A stretch of DNA of 64,000 nt from the human T2T-CHM13v2.0 reference genome, Homo sapiens, in assembly GCF_009914755.1 (NCBI RefSeq), contig NC_060948.1; one strand, 5' to 3'. The position numbers and the translations under genes are program-made. Shown piece after piece: positions 56,980 through 64,000 of this stretch; within the stretch, counting starts at the first letter, position 1, and each line of letters begins with the position of its first letter. The notes below the pieces were generated by a model. It was not told where the DNA came from. It made no database searches and saw nothing but the letters and a program-made list of their open reading frames with translations.

Positions 56980-59900
56980 GAATTAAATGGACTGGACTCG
57001 AACAGAGTGGAATGGAAAGTGTTGAGATAGAATGGAATGGACTCCTTTGGAATGGTGTAGTATGCAATGCAATCGACTGGCATGGAATCAAAAGGAATGT
57101 AATGGAATGGATTGGACTGGAATGCAATGGACTCGAATAGATTGGAAACGGAATGCAAAGGAATGGAATGGAATAGTATGGAATTTAATGGAAAGGAATG
57201 GAGTGGAATAGACTAGAGTGGAATGGAATGGACTGGAAAGCAATGGACTGGAATGGAACATTCTTGAATGGACTGGAATCAAACGGAATGGAATGCAATG
57301 CAATCAAATGGCATGGAATAAAATAGAATGAAAGAGAATCAAATGGAATTGAATCGAATGGAATCGAATGGATTGGAAAGGAATAGAATGGAATGGAATG
57401 GAATTGACTCAAATGGAATGGACTAGAATGGAATGGATTCGAATGCAAGGCAAAGGAATGGAATCTACTGGAATGGACTGTAATGGAATGGAATGGAAGG
57501 GATTGGAATGGACTCGAATGGAATGGACTGCAATAGAAAGGATTCGAATGGAATGAAATAGAATTGAATGGAATAGAACAGAATGGAATCAAATCGAATG
57601 AAATGGAATGGAATAGAAAGGAATGGAATGAAATGGAATGGAAAGGATTCGAATGGAATGCAATCGAATGGAATGGAATCGAACGGAATGGAATAAAATG
57701 GAAGAAAACTGGCAAGAAATGGAATCGAAATGAATGGAGTGTTATGGAACGGACTCAAAAGGAATTGAATGTAATAGAATGGAGTGGAGTGGACTCGAAT
57801 ATAATGGACTGGAATGGAATGAAATCACATGGAATGGGAACGAATGGAATGGAATGGAAAGGAATGGAATCGAATGGAAAGGAATCGAATGGAAGGGAAT
57901 GAAATTGAATCAACAGGAATGGAAGGGAATAGAATAGACGGTAATGGAATGGACTCGAATAGAATGGACACGAATGCTCAAATTGAATGGACTCGAATGG
58001 AATGGAAACGAAAGGAATGTCATCGAATGGAATTGAATCGATTGGAATGAAATCGCATAGAATGGAGTGGAATCAAATGGAATTGAATCGAAAGGAAAGG
58101 AAGCGAATGGACTGAAATGAAATGGAATGGAATGAATGGAAAGTAATGCAATGGAATAGAATGGAACGAAATTTCACGGAATGGAATCAAACTGAATGGA
58201 ATCAAATCAATGGAATCAAATCAAATGGAATGGAAAGGAATTGAATGGAGTAGATTGGATTGGATGGGATTGGAATGAAATGTACTGGAAAGGACTCGAA
58301 TTTCATGAAACGGAATGGAATGAATTGGAACGGAATGGACTCGAATGGAATGGAATGTCATGGAATGGCATCAAATGGAATGGCATCAAATGGAATGGAA
58401 TCGAATGCAATGGAATGCTATGGAATGGAATGGAATGCATTGGAATGGAATGTCCTCTAATGGAATGGATTCGAGTGGAATGGAATCGAATATAATGGAG
58501 TCGAATGAAATGGAATTGAAAGGAATGGGATCGAATACAATGGAATATACTGGAATGTAATGTAATGAACTCGAATGTAATTGACTGGAATGGAATGTAC
58601 ATGAATGGAATGTAATCGAATGGAAAGTAATCCAATGGAATAGAATCTAATGCAATAAAATCGACTCAGATAGAGTAGAATGTAATGGAATGGAGTGCAG
58701 TGCAATGCAATGGAATGGAATGGAATGCAATGGAATGGAATGGAATGCAATGGAATGGAATGGAATGGAATGGAATGGAATGGTGTGGAATGGATAGTAA
58801 TGGACTGGAGTGAAATGGACTGGAAAGGAATGGACTCAAATTGAAAGGGCTCGAAAGGAATGGAGTCAAATGGAATGGTCTGGAATGGAATGAACACGAA
58901 TGTAATGCAATCCAATAGAATGGAATCGAATGGCATGGAATATAAAGAAATGGAATCGAAGAGAATGGAAACAAATGGAATGGAATTGAGTGGAATGGAA
59001 TTGAATGGAATGGGAACGAATGGAGTGAAATTGTATGCAGTAGAAGGGAATAGAATGGAATGCAAGCGAAAGGAAAGGAATGGATTGGAATGGAATGGAA
59101 TTCATTGGAATGGAAGGGAATGTAGTGTAATGGACAGGTCTGGAATAAAGTGGAATGCTACGGTCTCAATGGAATAAAAATGTATGGAATGGAATGCAAT
59201 GAAACGGAATCGAATGTCATAGAATGTAATGGAATGCAGAAAAATGGAATCCAAAATCATTGACTGGAAAGGCTGGGTGTCGAAAGGAATTGACTCCAAT
59301 GGAATGGAATCGAATGGAATGGAAGTGAATAGAATCGAACTAAATCGAATGGAATGGAATTGATAGGAACGGAATGGAAAGGAATGCAATGATTTGGCAT
59401 GGAATGGAATCGAATGGCATCGAATGGAATGGAATGGAATGCAATGGAATGGAATGTATTAGAATGAAATGAACTTTAATGGAATGTACTCGAATGGATT
59501 CGACTGGAATGGAATGTTCTGGAAGTGAATGGACTCCAATGGAATGGATTCAAAAGGAATGGAATCGTACGGAATGGAATCTAATGGAATGGAATTAAAT
59601 GGAAATGAATCAAATTGAATAGCACGGAATTGAATTGAATGGAATGGAATGCAATGGAATCTAATGAAGCGGAAAGGAAAGGAATGGAATGGAATGGAAT
59701 GGACTGGAATGGAAAGGAATCGAAACGAATGGAATGGAATCGAACTGAAGAGACTGGAATGGAATGCACTGGAATGGAAGGGAGTGTAATGGAAGGTTCT
59801 CGAAAAAAATGGAATCGAATGGAATGGAATTGAATGGAACGGAATAGAGTCGAATGGAATTGAATGGAATGGAATGGACTAGAGTGAAATGGAATCGAAC

Positions 59901-60531
59901 CACAAGGAATGGACATGAATAGAATGGTCTCGAATTGAATGGAATCGTATGGAATGGCATCAAACGGAATGGAATGGACAGCCACGGAATGGAATGCACT
60001 CGAATGCAATGGAGTCGAAACTAATGGACTGGAATAGAATGGACTCGACTGGTACGGACTCCAATGGAATGGAATCGAATGGAAGGGAATCGAACGGAAT
60101 GGACTCGAAGGGAAAAGACTGCAATGGAAAGGTCTCGAATGGAATGGAAATTAATGGAATGGAATGGAATCGAATGAAATGGAGTCAAAAGGAATGGAAT
60201 CGAATGGCAAGAAATCGAATGTAATGGAATCGCAAGGAATTGATGTGAACGGAACGGAATGGAATGGAATCCAAAGGAATGGAATAGAATGGAATGGAAT
60301 CGAATGGAAAGGACTAGAATGGAAATCACTCGAATAGAATGCAATTTAATAAAATAGGATCAAATGTAATGGAATGGAATGGAAGGGAATCGAAACGAAA
60401 GGAATGGAGACAGATGGAATGGAATGGAAGAGAGAGCAATGGTATAGAATGGAATGGAATCATCTGGAACGGAATTGAATGGAATGGAATAATATGAAAT
60501 GGAATGGAATGGAATGGAATGGAATGCCCTT
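56980..60531 (+). repeat. unit 17 (3552 bp)
   Basis: Landmark at 56980 and 60532; 5' like units 7/12; two 1 bp deletions; HaeIII site lost. Confidence 0.95.
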
Positions 60532-63500
60532 GAATTAAATGGACTGGAATGGAATGGACTCGAACAGAGTGGAATGGAAAGTGTTGAGATAGAATGGAAT
60601 GGACTCCTTTGGAATGGTGTAGTATGCAATGCAATCGACTGGCTGGGAATCAAAAGGAATGTAATCGAATGGATTGGACTGGAATGCAATGGACTCGAAT
60701 AGATTGGAAACGGAATGCAAAGGAATGGAATGGAATAGTATGGAATGGAATGGAAAGGAATGGAGTGGAATAGACTAGAGTGGAATGGAATGGACTGGAA
60801 AGCAATGGACTGGAATGGAACTTTCTTGAATGGACTGGAATCAAACGGAATGGAATGCAATGCAATCAAATGGCATGGAATAAAATAGAATGAAAGAGAA
60901 TCAAATGGAATTGAATCGAATGGAATCGAATGGATTGGAAAGGAATAGAATGGAATGGAATGGAATTGACTCAAATGGAATGGACTAGAATGGAATGGAT
61001 TCGAATGGAAGGCAAAGGAATGGAATCTATTGGAATGGACTGTAATGGAATGGAATGGAAGGGATTGGAATGGACTCGAATGGAATGGACTGCAATAGAA
61101 AGGATTCGAATGGAATGAAAAAGAATTGAATGGAATAGAACAGAATGGAATCAAATCGAATGAAATGGAATGGAATAGAAAGGAATGGAATGAAATGGAA
61201 TGGAAAGGATTCGAATGGAATGCAATCGAATGGAATGGAATCGAACGGAATGGAATAAAATGGAAGAAAACTGGCAAGAAATGGAATCGAAATGAATGGA
61301 GTGTTATGGAACGGACTCAAAAGGAATTGAATGTAATAGAATGGAGTGGAGTGGACTCGAATATAATGGACTGGAATGGAATGAAATCACATGGAATGGG
61401 AACGAATGGAATGGAATGGAAAGGAATGGAATCGAATGGAAAGGAATCGAATGGAAGGGAATGAAATTGAATCAACAGGAATGGAAGGGAATAGAATAGA
61501 CGTTAATGGAATGGACTCGAATAGAATGGACAGGAATGCTCAAATTGAATGGACTCGAATGGAATGGAAACGAAAGGAATGTCATCGAATGGAATTGAAT
61601 CGATTGGAATGAAATCGTATAGAATGGAGTGGAATCAAATGGAATTGAATCGAAAGGAAAGGAAGCAAATGGACTGAAATGAAATGGAATGGAATTGAAT
61701 GGAAAGTTATGTAATGGAATAGAATGGAACGAAATTTCACGGAATGGAATCAAACTGAATGGAATCAAATCAATGGAATCAAATCAAATGGAATGGATAG
61801 GAATTGAATGGAGTAGATTGGATTGCATGGGATTGGAATGAAATATACTGGAAAGGACTCGAATTTCATGAAACGGAATGAAATGAATTGGAACGGAACG
61901 GACTCGAATGGAATGGAATGTCATGGAATGGCATCAAATGGAATGGCATCAAATGGAATGGAATCGAATGCAATGGAATGCTATGGAATGGAATGGAATG
62001 CATTGGAATGGAATGTCCTCTAATGGAATGGATTCGAGTGGAATGGAATCGAATATAATGGAGTCGAATGAAATGGAATTGAAAGGAATGGGATCGAATA
62101 CAATGGAATATACTGGAATGTAATGTAATGAACTCGAATGTAATTGACTGGAATGGAATGTACATGAATGGAATGTAATCGAATGGAAAGTAATCCAATG
62201 GAATAGAATCTAATGCAATAAAATCGACTCAGATAGAGTAGAATGTAATGGAATGGAGTGCAGTGCAATGGAATGGAAAGGAATGGAACGCAATGGAATG
62301 GAATGGAATGCAATGGAATGGAATGGAATGGAATGGAATGGAATGGTGTGGAATGGATAGTAATGGACTGGAGTGAAATGGACTGGAAAGGAATGGACTC
62401 AAATTGAAAGGGCTCGAAAGGAATGGAGTCAAATGGAATGGTCTGGAATGGAATGAACACGAATGTAATGCAATCCAATAGAATGGAATCGAATGGCATG
62501 GAATATAAAGAAATGGAATCGAAGAGAATGGAAACAAATGGAATGGAATTGAGTGGAATGGAATTGAATGGAATGGGAACGAATGGAGTGAAATTGTATG
62601 CAGTAGAAGAGAATAGAATGGAATGCAAGCGAAAGGAAAGGAATGGATTGGAATGGAATGGAATTCATTGGAATGGAAGGGAATGTAGTGTAATGGACAG
62701 GCCTGGAATAAAGTGGAATGCTACGGTCTCGAATGGAATAAAAATGTATGGAATGGAATTCAATGAAACGGAATCGAATGTCATAGAATGTAATGGAATG
62801 CAAAAAAATGGAATCCAAAATCATTGACTGGAAAGGCTGGGTGTCGAAAGGAATTGACTCCAATGGAATGGAATCGAATGGAATGGAAGTGAATAGAATC
62901 GAACTAAATCGAATGGAATGGAATTGATAGGAACGGAATGGAAAGGAATGCAATGATTTGGCATGGAATGGAATCGAATGGCATCGAATGGAATGGAATG
63001 GAATGCAATGGAATGGAATGTATTAGAATGAAATGAACTTTAATGGAATGTACTCGAATGGATTCGACTGGAATGGAATGTTCTGGAAGTGAATGGACTC
63101 CAATGGAATGGATTCAAAAGGAATGGAATCGTACGGAATGGAATCTAATGGAATGGAATTAAATGGAAATGAATCAAATTGAATAGCACGGAATTGAATT
63201 GAATGGAATCGAATGCAATGGAATCTAATGAAGCGGAAAGGAAAGGAATGGAATGGAATGGAATGGAATGGAATGGAAAGGAATCGAAACGAATGGAATG
63301 GAATCGAACTGAAGAGACTGGAATGGAATGCACTGGAATGGAAGGGAGTTTAATGGAAGGTTCTCGAAAAAAATGGAATCGAATGGAATGGAATTGAATG
63401 GAACGGAATAGAGTCGAATGGAATTGAATGGAATGGAATGGACTAGAGTGAAATGGAATCGAACCACAAGGAATGGACATGAATAGAATGGTCTCGAATT

Positions 63501-64000
63501 GAATGGAATCGTATGGAATGGCATCAAACGGAATGGAATGGACAGCCACGGAATGGATTGCACTCGAATGCAATGGAGTCGAAACTAATGGACTGGAATA
63601 GAATGGACTCGACTGGTACGGACTCCAATGGAATGGAATCGAATGGAAGGGAATCGAACGGAATGGACTCGAAGGGAAAAGACTGCAATGGAAAGGTCTC
63701 GAATGGAATGGAAATTAATGGAATGGAATGGAATCGAATGAAATGGAGTCAAAAGGAATGAAATCGAATGGCAAGAAATCGAATGTAATGGTATCACAAG
63801 GAATTGATGTGAACGGAACGGAATGGAATGGAATCCAAAGGAATGGAATAGAATGGAATGGAATCGAATGGAAAGGACTCGAATGGAAATCACTCGAATA
63901 GAATGCAATTTAATAAAATAGGATCAAATGTAATGGAATGGAATGGAAGGGAATCGAAACGAAAGGAATGGAGACAGATGGAATGGAATGGAAGAGAGAG
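60532..64000 (+). repeat. unit 18 (truncated by the window end)
   Basis: Landmark at 60532; many private variants; 3' markers shared with unit 17. Confidence 0.93.

Larger units (their letters stand above)
1..64000 (+). repeat. DYZ1: Human satellite 3 (HSat3) tandem array, diverged (GGAAT)n; most likely the DYZ1 3.56 kb repeat of Yq12 heterochromatin
   Basis: Seen: GGAAT pentamers and variants (CGAAT, GGACT, GCAAT, TGAAT) throughout in one orientation. Landmark motifs such as GAATTAAATGGACT and AGGCTGGGTGTCGAAAGG recur every 3544-3579 bp. One GAATTC (e.g. 2130-2135) and one GGCC (e.g. 2169-2172) seen per unit. Known: the DYZ1 unit is 3564 bp and is released by HaeIII or EcoRI. HSat3 identity is near certain; the DYZ1 label is not alignment-verified. 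Confidence 0.93.

Noticed and set aside
1-64000. Hundreds of 60-313 aa ORFs (MEWNG... on +, FHSIP... on -)
   Set aside because: They are direct translations of GGAAT/ATTCC, which supplies ATG and few stops. They are low complexity, overlap in all frames, recur with each unit and show no recognisable domain.
1-64000. CRISPR-like or other prokaryotic repeat system
   Set aside because: There are no unique spacers, no leader and no cas-like ORFs; this is a continuous eukaryotic satellite.
1-64000. HSat2, alpha satellite, telomeric repeat, DYZ2/HSat1B, Alu or L1 insertion, inversion
   Set aside because: I saw no HSat2 CATTCGATTC-dominated 23/26 bp pattern, no 171 bp monomer, no TTAGGG run, no non-pentamer island and no switch to CATTC on the + strand.

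Overview
The whole 64 kb window is one uninterrupted, single-orientation array of human satellite 3: diverged (GGAAT)n on the + strand, CATTC on the - strand. It is organised as about 18 head-to-tail copies of a ~3.56 kb unit (17 complete units of 3544-3579 bp plus a nearly complete 18th). The unit length (three units are exactly 3564 bp) and the single EcoRI and single HaeIII site seen per unit match DYZ1, the HSat3 repeat of Yq12 heterochromatin. That assignment rests on recalled family features, not an alignment. I see no gene, RNA gene, transposon, inversion or DYZ2/Alu insertion, and the ORFs in the track are translation artefacts of the pentamer. The informative structure lies in variants shared between units. 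These show a 5-unit (~17.8 kb) tandem duplication whose junction maps inside unit 7 (~22358-22528), apparent gene conversion between units, and mosaic units after ~40 kb. They also show a hypervariable pure GGAAT tract and a shift to a more divergent unit subtype from ~58 kb. I found no evidence of a new coding system. Variants were read by eye.
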